A stretch of DNA of 64,000 nucleotides, taken from positions 736,001 through 800,000 of the forward strand of contig CAVUVW010000013.1 of NCBI GenBank assembly GCA_963745035.1. Reading direction: 5' to 3'. Below, piece by piece: positions 25,559 to 36,618 of this stretch. Position 1 is the first letter of the stretch. Every line of letters begins with the position of its first letter. A model generated the notes under the pieces. The model was not told where the DNA came from and ran no database searches. It saw nothing but the letters and a program-made list of their open reading frames with translations. A program made the translations under genes and the position numbers. This stretch comes from an uncultured delta proteobacterium. Its GTDB lineage: Bacteria > Desulfobacterota > Binatia > UBA9968.

Positions 25559-26863
25559 CTATTGGTTCATGGATTCGAGAAATTCCTTGTTGGTCTTGGT
25601 TCCATGCATCTTATCCAGGAGGAACTCCATGGCGTCAACGACGCTCAACTGCGACAGAACCTTGCGCAAGATCCAAATGCGATTGAGATCCTCTTTGGCG
25701 ATCAACAGCTCCTCTTTGCGCGTTCCGGACTTGTTGATGTCGATCGCCGGGAAAACCCGTTTATCCATCAAACGCCGGTCCAGATGAACCTCCATATTGC
25801 CCGTGCCTTTAAACTCTTCGAAAATCACTTCGTCCATCCGACTGCCGGTGTCGATCAATGCGGTTGCGATAATCGTCAAACTGCCGCCGTCCTCGATGTT
25901 GCGCGCGGCGCCGAAAAACTTTTTCGGTTTGTGCAGCGCATTGGAATCGACGCCGCCGGAAAGAATCTTGCCGCTCGGTGGCACCACAGTGTTGTACGCG
26001 CGCGCCAGCCGGGTAATGCTGTCGAGCAAGATCACCACATCTTTGCCGTGCTCGACCAGGCGCTTGGCCTTTTCAATCACCATTTCGGCCACCTGCACGT
26101 GCCGGGTGGCAGGCTCGTCAAAGGTAGAGCTGATCACTTCGCCGTCGACCGAACGCTGCATGTCGGTCACTTCCTCGGGCCGTTCATCGATCAACAAGAC
26201 GATGAGAATGACTTCTTTTTGATTGTACGCGATCGCTTTGGCGATGTGCTGCAGCATCATCGTCTTGCCCGTGCGCGGCGCCGCGACGATCAGACCACGC
26301 TGCCCCTTCCCGATCGGCGTCAGCAAATCGACGATCCGCGTGGTATAGTCGTCCGGCTGGCATTCGAGCCGCAAGCGCTCATTTGGATAAAGCGGCGTCA
26401 GGTTGTCAAAAAGGATTTTTTCGCGCGCTCTCTCTGGATCTTCATAATTGATGGTTTCCACTTTGAGCAGAGCGAAATAGCGCTCGCCCTCTTTGGGCGG
26501 CCGAATATGACCGGAGATGATATCGCCGGTGCGTAGGGTAAACCGGCGAATCTGGCTGGGGGAGACGTAAATGTCGTCTGGACCGGGAAGATAGTTATAG
26601 TCGGGCGCGCGCAGAAAACCAAAACCGTCCGGCAATGTTTCCAGAACGCCCTCGCCGTAAATATGCCCATTCTGTTCGGTCTGCGCTTGCAGGATCGCAA
26701 AAATCAACTCCTGCTTGCGCATGTTGGCCGCGCCCTCGATGTTGAAGTTTTTGCCGATCAGCGCAAGATCGCTGATTTTTTTCTCCTTGAGAGCTTTCAG
26801 GTTCAAACTGTTATCCTCGACTGCGGCCTCGGGCTCGGCGACGCGAGTTCTACCACGTACCAT
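25559..26863 (-). CDS. rho: Transcription termination factor Rho
   Basis: [46 protein letters not shown]. Confidence 0.98.
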   Translation of the reverse strand: MVRGRTRVAEPEAAVEDNSLNLKALKEKKISDLALIGKNFNIEGAANMRKQELIFAILQAQTEQNGHIYGEGVLETLPDGFGFLRAPDYNYLPGPDDIYVSPSQIRRFTLRTGDIISGHIRPPKEGERYFALLKVETINYEDPERAREKILFDNLTPLYPNERLRLECQPDDYTTRIVDLLTPIGKGQRGLIVAAPRTGKTMMLQHIAKAIAYNQKEVILIVLLIDERPEEVTDMQRSVDGEVISSTFDEPATRHVQVAEMVIEKAKRLVEHGKDVVILLDSITRLARAYNTVVPPSGKILSGGVDSNALHKPKKFFGAARNIEDGGSLTIIATALIDTGSRMDEVIFEEFKGTGNMEVHLDRRLMDKRVFPAIDINKSGTRKEELLIAKEDLNRIWILRKVLSQLSVVDAMEFLLDKMHGTKTNKEFLESMNQ

Positions 26864-27160
26864 ACACTATGAATCTCCTTTCATTACTTCGAAGCAATGC
26901 CCGATGGACCGCATCAGGCGTGCGCATATCATTAAGTTACGCTGCTACCGTATCGAAAGACGTGCGACCACCCATGAAGGATTGCCTAGTCGTGAGTTAC
27001 GAACGGTTTTTGGCAGGCGCATGTCAGTGCGACAGGACGTACGACGCAGACGAAAATCTCTTTTTCGAGAAACAAATCAAGTTTGAACGTTGCCGTCGAG
27101 TGAATTCTATTCGTGTGGGGGATGACTCAAAGAACTGTCGAGTGAAATCTACCTGTACGA

Positions 27161-27189
27161 ATAGTATTTAAATCGCGGTCCCTTGTCAA
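27161..27189 (-). promoter_or_regulatory. Putative sigma70 promoter of rho, giving a leader of about 290 nt
   Basis: TTGACA-17 bp-TACTAT. Confidence 0.7.
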
Positions 27190-27219
27190 CCCCTCTATCG
27201 TCGTTGGCCACTTCGGCGT

Positions 27220-28233
27220 TTACGCCGAGCGCTCGCACAGACGCAACAATGCGGCAAAATCATCCGATAGCGGCGCGGTAAAGCTCATGGGCCGCCCGCT
27301 GTGCACGTGCTTTACGCGCAACTTCTCGGCATGAAGCGCTTGTCGCGAGAAGCGCGCCAAAGCGCGCCCTATAGGGAGTTCCTGCGGAGCGAGCACGCGT
27401 TTGCCGCCGTACACTGGATCTCCCACTAGGGCATGCCCGAGGTCGGCGAGGTGAACACGGATCTGATGCGTGCGCCCGGTGCGCGGCCGAAGCCGCAACA
27501 GAGTCAGCCCGGCGTCCGGCGTCTTGACTCCAGCGAGCGCGAACCGCCTCTCCACCGACCACTCGGTCAACGCCGCGCGGGATCTATAGATACGATGCAG
27601 GCTTGACATCTTCTTTCGATTTGATCGATGGCGACCAATGGGGCGGTCGATAACGCCCTGATCGGGCTTTAAGTTGCCCCAAACAAGAGCGACGTATTCC
27701 TTCTCGACGCTGCGGTTCTTAAACTGAAGCACCAGAGATTGATAGGCGACGGCGTTCTTGGCGACGATCATCACTCCGGACGTGTCTTTGTCCAGCCGGT
27801 GCACGATGCCCGGGCGGCGCACGCCGCCGACTCCCTCGATATCGGGGCAATGATGCAAGAGCGCGTTGACCAGCGTTCCTGTCCAATGGCCGGCCGCGGG
27901 ATGAACCGTGATTCCGGGCGCCTTGTTGATCACGACGCAATCCGCGTCTTCATAAAGAATATCCAACGGCAGAGCTTCCGGATGAACCGTCGAGTCGCGC
28001 GGCGGCAACAAGCGGATATCGATTCGATCGTTGGGTCGGATACGGGTACTGGGCTTAGCGCGGACGCCGTTGAGCGTAATTTGCCCCTCGCCGATCAGGC
28101 GTTGGATTTCGGAGCGGCTGAGCGCTTCGCCGAAGTCACCGGCGGAATGGAAACGGCCGGCGAGGAACAGGTCAAGCCGCGCTCCCGCTAAACGTTCGTC
28201 GATCAGCAACCGCCGGGATCTAACTTCATTCAT
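27220..28233 (-). CDS. rluD: RluA/RluD family 23S rRNA pseudouridine synthase
   Basis: S4 domain, RPGIVHRLDKDTSG, TGRTHQIRVH, RQALHA. Confidence 0.88.
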   Translation of the reverse strand: MNEVRSRRLLIDERLAGARLDLFLAGRFHSAGDFGEALSRSEIQRLIGEGQITLNGVRAKPSTRIRPNDRIDIRLLPPRDSTVHPEALPLDILYEDADCVVINKAPGITVHPAAGHWTGTLVNALLHHCPDIEGVGGVRRPGIVHRLDKDTSGVMIVAKNAVAYQSLVLQFKNRSVEKEYVALVWGNLKPDQGVIDRPIGRHRSNRKKMSSLHRIYRSRAALTEWSVERRFALAGVKTPDAGLTLLRLRPRTGRTHQIRVHLADLGHALVGDPVYGGKRVLAPQELPIGRALARFSRQALHAEKLRVKHVHSGRPMSFTAPLSDDFAALLRLCERSA

Positions 28234-29191
28234 GCAACAGGCACGAAGCGGCGCCGGGTCGGATGTCCAGTTCGCGAAAAATCGCCTCGGCGTTCGACAC
28301 GTCTTTACGAATCTGCGCGACCAATTCCGCCGCTGAAGAAAACTTGGCTTCGGCGCGTAGCCGCTCGACGAACGACAGGCGCACCTCTGCGCCGTAAATA
28401 GTCTCGTCGAAATCCATGATAAAACTTTCCACGGTCTTCGGCCCGGCGCCGAAGGTCGGGTTGAATCCGATACTGCTGACGCTCGGCAGCGTCCGCGCGC
28501 CCAGATGAAACAGCGTCGCGTAAATTCCATCCTCGGGCAGCACTTCGGTGCGCGAAGCGATATTGGCGGTGGGAAAACCCAAGTCCTTGCCGCGCCGCTG
28601 GCCTTCGACGACGCGTCCGGAGAGAAAAGGGTAGCGGCCCAACATCGCTTTGGCATCGCCGATTCGGCCGGTGGCAAGCAACTCGCGGATGCGCGAGCTG
28701 CTTACCCGATCCCCATTGACGAGGATCGGCTCGACCACCGCAACTGTAAAGCCATGATTACCGCCCCAGCGAATCAAGTCTTCGACTCCGCCTTTTCTTG
28801 CGCGGCCAAAACGAAAATCCTTGCCGACCCAGACCTTTCTCGTTTTTAGTCGTCCGACGAGCAGCTCGCGCACAAACTGTTCCGCCTCGATTTTTGCAAA
28901 CGAAAGATCGAAGGGTTGCACGGCAACGGTGTCGACGCCGAGATTGCGCAGCATACGCAGCTTGTCCTTGTGCGCGAGAATCAGTTTGGGTGCCCGTTCA
29001 GGCGCAAGAATTTTCAGCGGGTGGGGCTCAAAGGTTAGTACTACGGACGGCGCGCCGAGCTTCTTGGCGTCCGCCACCGCCCCGCTGATGAGCGCCTGAT
29101 GACCGAGATGAAGTCCGTCAAAATTGCCGAGAGTGACGACAGAACTTAGGAGCTTCCAGCCCTGTTCATCCAGATGGCGTATGATCTGCAT
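28226..29191 (-). CDS. ribF: Bifunctional riboflavin kinase/FAD synthetase
   Basis: GNFDGLHLGH, VSSSRIR, LGFPTAN. Confidence 0.96.
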   Translation of the reverse strand: MQIIRHLDEQGWKLLSSVVTLGNFDGLHLGHQALISGAVADAKKLGAPSVVLTFEPHPLKILAPERAPKLILAHKDKLRMLRNLGVDTVAVQPFDLSFAKIEAEQFVRELLVGRLKTRKVWVGKDFRFGRARKGGVEDLIRWGGNHGFTVAVVEPILVNGDRVSSSRIRELLATGRIGDAKAMLGRYPFLSGRVVEGQRRGKDLGFPTANIASRTEVLPEDGIYATLFHLGARTLPSVSSIGFNPTFGAGPKTVESFIMDFDETIYGAEVRLSFVERLRAEAKFSSAAELVAQIRKDVSNAEAIFRELDIRPGAASCLLHE

Positions 29192-29428
29192 CGATGGTAA
29201 ACCGCCGCAACGTAGCTGGCGCGATCACGTCTCCGATTCGATCCCTGGCGAGCGACGCCTGAATACGCGCGAGATTTTCTTTTGCGCCCATCCGCCTCGA
29301 CCATGGTTTTGCCCCTGCGGCATAACGTAACTGCGAGCGGTGGACCTCTTTATGACACCGAGAAGCGCGCTCACGCCCCGGCAAGGAATGACAAAATGGA
29401 CCGGCCGAGCCGGCCTAAGCGGGGCACA

Positions 29429-30274
29429 TTAAGATTCGAGCGCCTTCAGCCGCTGCTTTGCTCTGGCCGCCTCCGCCGACTGAGGATACCTCTCGACCAG
29501 CTCCTGCAATACCAAACGGGCGTTGAGCTTTTCTCCGAGCTCGGCGAAAGCCACGCCTTGCCCGAGAAGCGCCGCCGCGACTTTCTCATTTTGGGGAAAC
29601 CGCCGACGCACTTCGTCGAATTCGATAATCGCGTTGTTGAATTCCTTAATCGCCAGATAGCTCTCGCCGATCAGGTATTGAGCCTCCGGCGCCAATTTAC
29701 TCTTGGGGTTTTTCTTCAGAAATTCTTTGAATCGTGCGATCGCCGTACGGTGGTCTTTCTTTTCGAAAGCGCGCCAGCCGCTCTCATAATCACGGCGCAC
29801 CGTCTCCGACTCGGCAAGCGCGGGATCTCCGCCGCTTGGCGCCCTCACTGTCGCCGCCTGCGCCTGCATCGATTCGCGCAGTTGCCTCAACTCTTCTTCA
29901 CGAATCCGCAACAGCTCAGCCTGCGCCTTAGCGTCTTCCTCGAGCTTGGCTAACCGCGCTTCCATGTTTTTGACCCGTTGATCCCCTTCGCGGCTCGTTT
30001 GCCCGAGCTGCCGTCCGACCTGCGTTTTGGTTTCGTCGATGCGCTCGCGGATCGCGCTGATTTCCCGTTGAATCTGTTGAATGTTTGCGCGTGTATCCGC
30101 CAGTGTCGCGCGAAACCCGTCCACGTCGGAATGCAAAGTATTCATGTCGCCGCGCAAGCGCCGCTGTTCCCGCTCGAGTAATTCGACCTGCTGCGGATTT
30201 ACGCAAGCCGAAAACCACAGGCCTGCCGACAATACCGCAGAGAGAAAAACCGGATTCTTAAATATTCGATTCAA
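29429..30274 (-). CDS. cpoB: Tol-Pal system TPR protein CpoB/YbgF (lipoprotein)
   Basis: Lipobox-like FSAC, coiled coil, C-terminal TPRs (AQYLIGESY); follows pal; start uncertain. Confidence 0.88.
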   Translation of the reverse strand: MNRIFKNPVFLSAVLSAGLWFSACVNPQQVELLEREQRRLRGDMNTLHSDVDGFRATLADTRANIQQIQREISAIRERIDETKTQVGRQLGQTSREGDQRVKNMEARLAKLEEDAKAQAELLRIREEELRQLRESMQAQAATVRAPSGGDPALAESETVRRDYESGWRAFEKKDHRTAIARFKEFLKKNPKSKLAPEAQYLIGESYLAIKEFNNAIIEFDEVRRRFPQNEKVAAALLGQGVAFAELGEKLNARLVLQELVERYPQSAEAARAKQRLKALES

Positions 30275-30288
30275 GGCCAGACCCTCGA

Positions 30289-30885
30289 TTAGCTCGTCGG
30301 CCGATCTTGCAGGATGACGAACCGGGCGCGCCGGTTTTGCCTCCAACAGCTCTCGTCTTCTTCCTTGCAGACCGGGATCTCTTCTCCGTAGCTGATCGTC
30401 GAAAGCCGCGCCGCCGCCACTCCCAAGGTGGCGAGATACTCGCGCGCGGACTGCGCTCGCTTCGCCCCCAGCGCCAGGTTGTATTCATTGGTGCCGCGAT
30501 CATCGCAGTGCCCCTCGATCTCGACGCGCGCGTTGGGATTGCTCTTCAGCCAATCGGCGTTGGCGCGCAAAACCGTCCGCGCATCGGAGCTGAGATCATA
30601 GCGGTCGTATTCGAAATAAACATCTTTCAGCGGACTCGATGCCGGTGTGATCGGCGCTTTCCCTTCCTGAAACTGCTTCAAGCTCGATGTATCGGTGTTC
30701 GCCTCCTTGCCACCCCCGCGCTCACCTTCTCCTGTTCGGCCGTCCACTCCCGATTTGGCCGTGCCGCCAGCCCCCGCACCGGCTTTCGAATCGGGGTTCT
30801 CGGTTACACTCGGGGCGCACGCAGTCAACAATACGACTATGAGGACGAGAGAATAGTAGCACGACATTTTAGAAGACACGTTCAT
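30289..30885 (-). CDS. pal: Peptidoglycan-associated lipoprotein
   Basis: LTAC lipobox, EGHCDDRGTNEYNLALGAKRA, ISYGEE, NRRA. Confidence 0.96.
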   Translation of the reverse strand: MNVSSKMSCYYSLVLIVVLLTACAPSVTENPDSKAGAGAGGTAKSGVDGRTGEGERGGGKEANTDTSSLKQFQEGKAPITPASSPLKDVYFEYDRYDLSSDARTVLRANADWLKSNPNARVEIEGHCDDRGTNEYNLALGAKRAQSAREYLATLGVAAARLSTISYGEEIPVCKEEDESCWRQNRRARFVILQDRPTS

Positions 30886-30943
30886 CAGGACCTCCTGCGA
30901 TGGCTGGCATCGGCGGCTCTGAATGTATCGGGGAGTCAAAAAA

Positions 30944-32275
30944 TCAATCTAAGCGAGGGGACCAATGAGGTTTTGTATCATCCCCCCCGGAACCTGTCAA
31001 TCTACGTTGGTTGTCGCCGCTCATCTGCATGACATACAAGTGATATCTGCCGGCGCGGTTCGAAGAAAAAGCGATAAACCTGCCGTCCGGCGACCAGGTC
31101 GGATCTTCGCTATCAGACGATTCGGAGGTGAGCTTGCGTGGTTCGCCGCCGTCGGCCGATATGGTGAATATGGCGAAGCGGCCGCCTACCCGGCCGGTGT
31201 AGACGATCCGATCTCCCCGCGGCGACCACTCCGGCGACGTATTGTATCCGCCGGTGTACGTGAGTCGGCGCGACTTGCCGCTCGCGACATCGAGAACATA
31301 AACCTGAGGGCCACCGCTGCGATCCGATACATATACGATTTGTTTGCCGTCCGGCGACCACGCCGGGGAAACTTCTATGCCCGGCTCTTGAGTTAACCGG
31401 CGAATAACGTTGCCGCTGCGGTCGAGCAAATAGAGGTTGGTGTTGCCGCCCTCTTCCAAGGTCGCGACGATTGATTGCCCGTCGGGAGAGAACTTGCCGC
31501 CCAAATATCGGCCGCCGCCGCGCGGCGTGAACTTGACTTCCTTGCCGCTGAACAGCTCGAACAAGTAGAGCGTCTGATTGCGTTCCTTAAAGGACGAATA
31601 AAGAATCGATCTGCCGTCCGGACTCCAGGCCGGCGACAGGTTGATCGTGTGATTGTCGGTCACCTGAAATTTTTCGCTGCCGTCGAGATGCGAGACGTAG
31701 ATTTCTTTAAAGCGCCCGCCGCTATTGGAGACGTAAGTAATGCGCGTATTGAAAATGCCCGGAATGCCGGTGAACTGGTTGATGATCTCATCGACGAACT
31801 TGTGCGCGATGCGGCGGAAGTCGCGAACACGCCCGGTGTAACGTTTACCGATCCGCTCCTTATTCTGGTAGACGTCAAACAGACGCAACTCGACCGTGAT
31901 CTCGTCGCCTTGAACGGAGAAACCGCCCTTCACCAGCCCTTCGGCGCCAATCGTCGCCCAGTCCTTGAAGTCGAACGTGCCCAAGGTGATGCCGCTCTGA
32001 GCATTTTCCAAATAAGCCGAACGATCCAGCACTCGAAACCAGCCCGACAGCTCCAGGTCGTGGACCATCGCGTCGGCGATGCCCGTCGACAAACGGGCGG
32101 AGTCGCCGGTCGCCGCGCCCAAATTTTTCAGCGGTGAGACTGCGACGGGAAAGCGCTGGCCGCCCGCGCCGACAATTTCTCCGGTAACTGCCGCGCACGC
32201 CTTACCCGCAATTGTGGCTTGCAGCGCCCAAGACAGAAGCAGGGCGGTAAAAATCATTGTGAAAGGTCTTCTCAT
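30944..32275 (-). CDS. tolB: Tol-Pal beta-propeller protein
   Basis: Repeated SPAWSPDG (PD40) units; TolB N-domain. Confidence 0.95.
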   Translation of the reverse strand: MRRPFTMIFTALLLSWALQATIAGKACAAVTGEIVGAGGQRFPVAVSPLKNLGAATGDSARLSTGIADAMVHDLELSGWFRVLDRSAYLENAQSGITLGTFDFKDWATIGAEGLVKGGFSVQGDEITVELRLFDVYQNKERIGKRYTGRVRDFRRIAHKFVDEIINQFTGIPGIFNTRITYVSNSGGRFKEIYVSHLDGSEKFQVTDNHTINLSPAWSPDGRSILYSSFKERNQTLYLFELFSGKEVKFTPRGGGRYLGGKFSPDGQSIVATLEEGGNTNLYLLDRSGNVIRRLTQEPGIEVSPAWSPDGKQIVYVSDRSGGPQVYVLDVASGKSRRLTYTGGYNTSPEWSPRGDRIVYTGRVGGRFAIFTISADGGEPRKLTSESSDSEDPTWSPDGRFIAFSSNRAGRYHLYVMQMSGDNQRRLTGSGGDDTKPHWSPRLD

Positions 32276-32277
32276 TG

Positions 32278-33261
32278 CTAGGCTCCCAGATCCTGCGGTC
32301 GGAACGTTACTTGCACATCGGCGAAGTCCTTCCGATACGCCTCCGGCGGTGCGGGCAGCGGGCTCGATTTCTTCACCGCTCGCAGCACGGATTCGTCATA
32401 GGACGGATCTCCTGACGGCTGCACGATTTTCAGTCCAACGATCTCGCCGGTTTCGCGAACGCCGAAGTGAACCACAACTCTCAAATTGCCTCGTTGTCCG
32501 CCCACCCAAGACCAATTCTCTTTGATCGTCGCAAACATGCGATTCTGATAGATCATAAAATCTATCCCTCTTACGACGCCAGGCCCACCCCGCCCGCCAA
32601 CACCGAGCCCGGCAGCACCCTCCCCTTCTCCGGAACCGGCACTCAGAGTCTCTCCTTTCGCGGAACTCTGCGCCGCTTCGCTGCGCGTCTTGGCGCGCTC
32701 GACCGCGCCCTGGATCAATCGCTCGCGAACGCTGTCGGCGGAGGCGGTCTCCGTCTTGGAATCACCCTTGACAGCTTCTCTTCGAATCTCTTTGGTAGGT
32801 TCGCTCTTCGCCGGCTCGGGCTTGGTCTTGGTCGGCTCGAGCTTGGACTTTGCCTCGATCACCGGCTTCTCTTCAGGCGGCGGCTTTTTCTCGGCCGTTT
32901 TTGTTTTGACTTTTTCTTCCTTGGGCGGCGGCTCTTCCTTTTTAACTTCTTTAACTTCTTTCTTAATCTCGGGAGTGGGAGGGGCTTCTCGGTTCTTCGC
33001 CGGCTGCTTCGGCGGCGCGGTCAGCTCCGTGCCGAAGTTAGCGCCGCCGATTCTCTCGCCGCCAACGAGATCGACCACTGTTACGGTCGGCATCGGACGC
33101 GTCCTCGAAGGCAGCATAGGCGACAGAAACATCGCCGCGATCAGGATCAAATGCAAAAAAAGCGAAACAACGAACCATTTGGGCAGGCGTTCTTCGGAGC
33201 CGACCGCGTGCAACGACCGCTCGCGTAAACTGATCGTCGGCCCCGGACGTTCTTCGCTCAC
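32278..33261 (-). CDS. tolA: TolA/TonB-like energy transducer
   Basis: N-terminal SxxxH TM helix, Lys/Glu/Pro-rich linker, SGDPSYDESVLRAV C-domain; between tolR and tolB. Confidence 0.85.
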   Translation of the reverse strand: MSEERPGPTISLRERSLHAVGSEERLPKWFVVSLFLHLILIAAMFLSPMLPSRTRPMPTVTVVDLVGGERIGGANFGTELTAPPKQPAKNREAPPTPEIKKEVKEVKKEEPPPKEEKVKTKTAEKKPPPEEKPVIEAKSKLEPTKTKPEPAKSEPTKEIRREAVKGDSKTETASADSVRERLIQGAVERAKTRSEAAQSSAKGETLSAGSGEGEGAAGLGVGGRGGPGVVRGIDFMIYQNRMFATIKENWSWVGGQRGNLRVVVHFGVRETGEIVGLKIVQPSGDPSYDESVLRAVKKSSPLPAPPEAYRKDFADVQVTFRPQDLGA

Positions 33262-33686
33262 CCGCCCTGCCCTCCCGACGGCGGCTGCGTGACCATGCCC
33301 AGGCGTTCGATGCCCGCCTGCTTGATTTCCGCAATCGTCTGCATGACCACGCCGTAGCGCACATCCTGATCCGCGCGCAGATACACTTGTTTGTTCGAGT
33401 CAAGCTTTTTGACTGCCCGGAGCTTCGCGCCCAGCTCGCCCGGCGTCATAGCGTTGTCGTTGAGATAGACCCTGCCGTTCTTTGCCACTGTGACGACCAA
33501 ATGCTCTTCCGTGCCGGGAATCGCGCTCGACCGAGCCTGCGGCAGATTCACCTGAACACCTTGCTGGATGATCGGTGCGGTGACCATGAAGATAACCAAC
33601 AACACCAACATCACGTCGACGAGCGGAGTGACATTGATTTGCGAAATGGTGGCGCTGTCCCGTTGCGCCGACGTGTCCATCGCCAT
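33258..33686 (-). CDS. tolR: TolR
   Basis: INVTPLVDVMLVLLVIFMVTAP. Confidence 0.95.
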   Translation of the reverse strand: MAMDTSAQRDSATISQINVTPLVDVMLVLLVIFMVTAPIIQQGVQVNLPQARSSAIPGTEEHLVVTVAKNGRVYLNDNAMTPGELGAKLRAVKKLDSNKQVYLRADQDVRYGVVMQTIAEIKQAGIERLGMVTQPPSGGQGG

Positions 33687-33836
33687 GGGCTCCCCTTTTC
33701 CCGAACTCAGTCTCTAAACGCTGCTCACCGCCATGCTCGAGCCGCATCGGCGCGTCTTTGGCCGCTTACGCTCGGACAGCGATTGTCTTCGACCTCGCCA
33801 TTGATCAGGCCGCTATGATTATACTCGGTTATTCCG

Positions 33837-34577
33837 TTACTTGAAGAAGTGGCGCTCGGCGATGTTCAGGAACTCCTGAGAAAAATTGTCCATCTCAACA
33901 GCGAGCACTTTGATCTGCTGGACAAAATGATTGTACGCCATCAACGCGGGGATCGCGGCCGCCAAGCCGACGGCGGTGGCGATCAACGCCTCGGCTATGC
34001 CCGGAGCCACGGCTTGGATACTCGAAGAATGGGTAACGCTCAGGCCGCGAAAGGCGTTCATAATGCCCCAGACCGTGCCGAACAAGCCGACAAAGGGCGA
34101 CGAGCTTGCCGTGGTCGCGAGAAAAGAGCAACTTTTTTCCAGCTTGGTGGTTTCCACGCTGGTTGCCCGCTTCATAGCGCGCGCAACGTTCTCGACCCCG
34201 CCCAGCTCCGTGCTGAAAACGTCCCCGGGAGCGGCTTCTTTCTTGGAGCGAGAGACCCGCAATAATTCTTCGTATCCTGCGCGAAAAACTTGCGCTACCG
34301 AACTGGCCGTGAGCTCGCGGCTGGCGTCGTGAATCGACGAGAGATTGCGACGCTCCCAAAAGATCTCAATGAATCTGTCCGATTCCCGCTTCGCGCGGCG
34401 GATTTGCCGGTACTTTTGCGCGATAATGCCCCAACTCATCACCGAGAACAAAACCAGCAAGTAGAGGATGCCCTGTACCACCAGCCCGGAGCCCCGAACC
34501 AGCTCCAAAATGCTGTGCTGTTGCCCGAACGATACCGACTCTTGCGCGAGCAGTTGGAATGACCAAAGAGAGAACAT
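33837..34577 (-). CDS. tolQ: TolQ
   Basis: PFVGLFGTVWGIM, VAPGIAEALIATA. Confidence 0.95.
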   Translation of the reverse strand: MFSLWSFQLLAQESVSFGQQHSILELVRGSGLVVQGILYLLVLFSVMSWGIIAQKYRQIRRAKRESDRFIEIFWERRNLSSIHDASRELTASSVAQVFRAGYEELLRVSRSKKEAAPGDVFSTELGGVENVARAMKRATSVETTKLEKSCSFLATTASSSPFVGLFGTVWGIMNAFRGLSVTHSSSIQAVAPGIAEALIATAVGLAAAIPALMAYNHFVQQIKVLAVEMDNFSQEFLNIAERHFFK

Positions 34578-34675
34578 GAGAGATAGGTGTGGAGTTATTT
34601 GAAAAAGTAGTACAAGCCTTGTAATTAGTCAATTGAGAACGAGAATTCCGGCGATAAAAAATCGGAGACAAGCTC

Positions 34676-35857
34676 ATGATACGAAAGCTCGCCGACCTGG
34701 AATTGCGCGCCAAGACGGTTTTTGTCCGTGTCGACTTCAACGTACCCATCGACGATCAAGGCAAGATCACCGAGCCCCATCGCATCGACAGCGCTCTGCC
34801 GACGATCCGATATATTTTAGAGCGCGCCAAAAAAATTGTCGTGGCATCTCATCTGGGCCGCCCCGACGGTAAGGTCGCGCCGAAATATAGCCTGTCCCCC
34901 GTCCGCGACTACTTGGCCGGCGCGTTGAAACGGCCCGTCGTTCTGACCGCCGACTGTGTTGGCGCCGACGTCGCGCACGCGGTGAGCGATGAAAAACAGC
35001 CGATCGTTTTACTGGAGAACCTTCGCTTTCATAAGGAAGAAGAGAAGAACGATCCGGCTTTCTCCAAATCCCTGGCCTCTTTGGCCGACGTCTATGTGAA
35101 CGACGCTTTCGGCGCCGCGCACCGCGCCCATGCCTCGATCGCCGGCATGGCCGCATTCTTCACGGAAAAAGCCGCGGGGCTGCTCTTGCAAAAGGAATTG
35201 GATTATCTTGCGCCGATCCTCGCCACGCCGGAGAAGCCGTTCGTGACGATCTTGGGCGGGGCGAAGGTATCCGACAAGATTGGCGTGATTAGAAACCTGC
35301 TGGCGAAGGTCGATGCGCTGCTCATCGGCGGTGGCATGGCTTACACGTTTTTGCAGGCGCAAGGTGTTGCAATCGGCAAATCCTTGGTCGAAGAGGACAA
35401 GGTCGAGCTGGCGCGCGAGATTCTTCGAGAAGCAGCTGCGCGGGGCGTGCGTCTGCGGCTGCCGGTCGATCACGTCGCCGGGGACGCGGACAAAAAAGAT
35501 CCGCAGAGATTTGACGGCGCGATTCCGCCGGGGCGCATGGGCTTGGACATCGGCCCGAAAACCGTCGACGCGTTTATCGACGAGATCGCCAAAGCGAAGC
35601 TGGTTCTGTGGAATGGTCCGGTTGGACTTTTCGAGATACCGCCGTACGATCGTGGCAGCCGGGCCCTGGCCGAAGCTCTCGCCGCCGGCCATCCGCAGGT
35701 AACGAGTATTATCGCGGGAGGCGACACGGTCGCCGCGGTGACCGCCTCCGGCGTCGAGGCCAAGATCAGTCATTTGTCTACCGGCGGCGGCGCCACACTG
35801 GAATTTCTCGAAGGGAAAGAATTGCCGGGAATCAAGGCCTTAGAGATAGCGCCATGA
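34676..35857 (+). CDS. pgk: Phosphoglycerate kinase
   Basis: RVDFNVP, SHLGRP, LENLRF, DAFGAAHRAHAS, STGGGA. Confidence 0.98.
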   Translation: MIRKLADLELRAKTVFVRVDFNVPIDDQGKITEPHRIDSALPTIRYILERAKKIVVASHLGRPDGKVAPKYSLSPVRDYLAGALKRPVVLTADCVGADVAHAVSDEKQPIVLLENLRFHKEEEKNDPAFSKSLASLADVYVNDAFGAAHRAHASIAGMAAFFTEKAAGLLLQKELDYLAPILATPEKPFVTILGGAKVSDKIGVIRNLLAKVDALLIGGGMAYTFLQAQGVAIGKSLVEEDKVELAREILREAAARGVRLRLPVDHVAGDADKKDPQRFDGAIPPGRMGLDIGPKTVDAFIDEIAKAKLVLWNGPVGLFEIPPYDRGSRALAEALAAGHPQVTSIIAGGDTVAAVTASGVEAKISHLSTGGGATLEFLEGKELPGIKALEIAP

Positions 35858-36609
35858 CGCCGCTGGTGGTGGGAAATTGGAAAATGCATTGCGGCCCGGC
35901 TGCATGCACGGAGCTCGCTCGCGCCATCGTCGGCGGCCGGCGAAAAGAGCGGATATCGGCTGAGGTTGCTCTCGCGCCTCCTTTTACCGGCTTGGCGCCC
36001 GTCAAGAAGACCATCGGAAAAAATCCGGTGAAGTTGGCCGCGCAAAACTGCTATTGGCAGGACAGCGGCGCTTTTACCGGCGAGATCAGCCCGGCGATGC
36101 TGGCGGAGATTGGTTGTGACTTCGTCATCATCGGCCACTCGGAACGGCGCCATTTATTTGGCGAAGTCGACGAAGCAGTGGCACAAAAGCTACCGGCGGT
36201 TATCCGCCACGGCATGCGGCCGATTCTGTGCGTCGGCGAGACTCTGGAAGAACGGCAAAGCGATCGCACGCGGGCGGTGATCGCGCGTCAGCTCGACTCC
36301 GCGTTGAAGGGCCTTGCTGAAGGTGATATAGAAAATGTCGAAATTGCCTATGAGCCGGTGTGGGCGATCGGCACGGGACTAAACGCCAGCGCCGAACAGA
36401 TTCGCGACGCGCACGGCCAGATCCGCGAAGGCTTGGTTGCGCTCGCCGGCGCTGCGAAAAGCGAGCAAGTCAGAATTCTGTACGGTGGCAGCGTGAAGCC
36501 GGACAACGCCGATATGATTGCCGGCATCGATGCAGTCAACGGCCTGCTCGTCGGCGGCGCAAGCTTAGTGGCGGAATCGTTTTTGAAAATCGCGCAATCC
36601 TTTCGCTGA
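35854..36609 (+). CDS. tpiA: Triosephosphate isomerase
   Basis: GNWKM, GHSERR, AYEPVWAIGTG, LYGGSV. Confidence 0.98.
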   Translation: MTPLVVGNWKMHCGPAACTELARAIVGGRRKERISAEVALAPPFTGLAPVKKTIGKNPVKLAAQNCYWQDSGAFTGEISPAMLAEIGCDFVIIGHSERRHLFGEVDEAVAQKLPAVIRHGMRPILCVGETLEERQSDRTRAVIARQLDSALKGLAEGDIENVEIAYEPVWAIGTGLNASAEQIRDAHGQIREGLVALAGAAKSEQVRILYGGSVKPDNADMIAGIDAVNGLLVGGASLVAESFLKIAQSFR

Positions 36610-36618
36610 GTAAACTTT

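Noticed and set aside
34578-34675. Absence of gap before pgk-tpiA
   Set aside because: A simple rearrangement; gap is often located elsewhere and this cannot be judged from one window.
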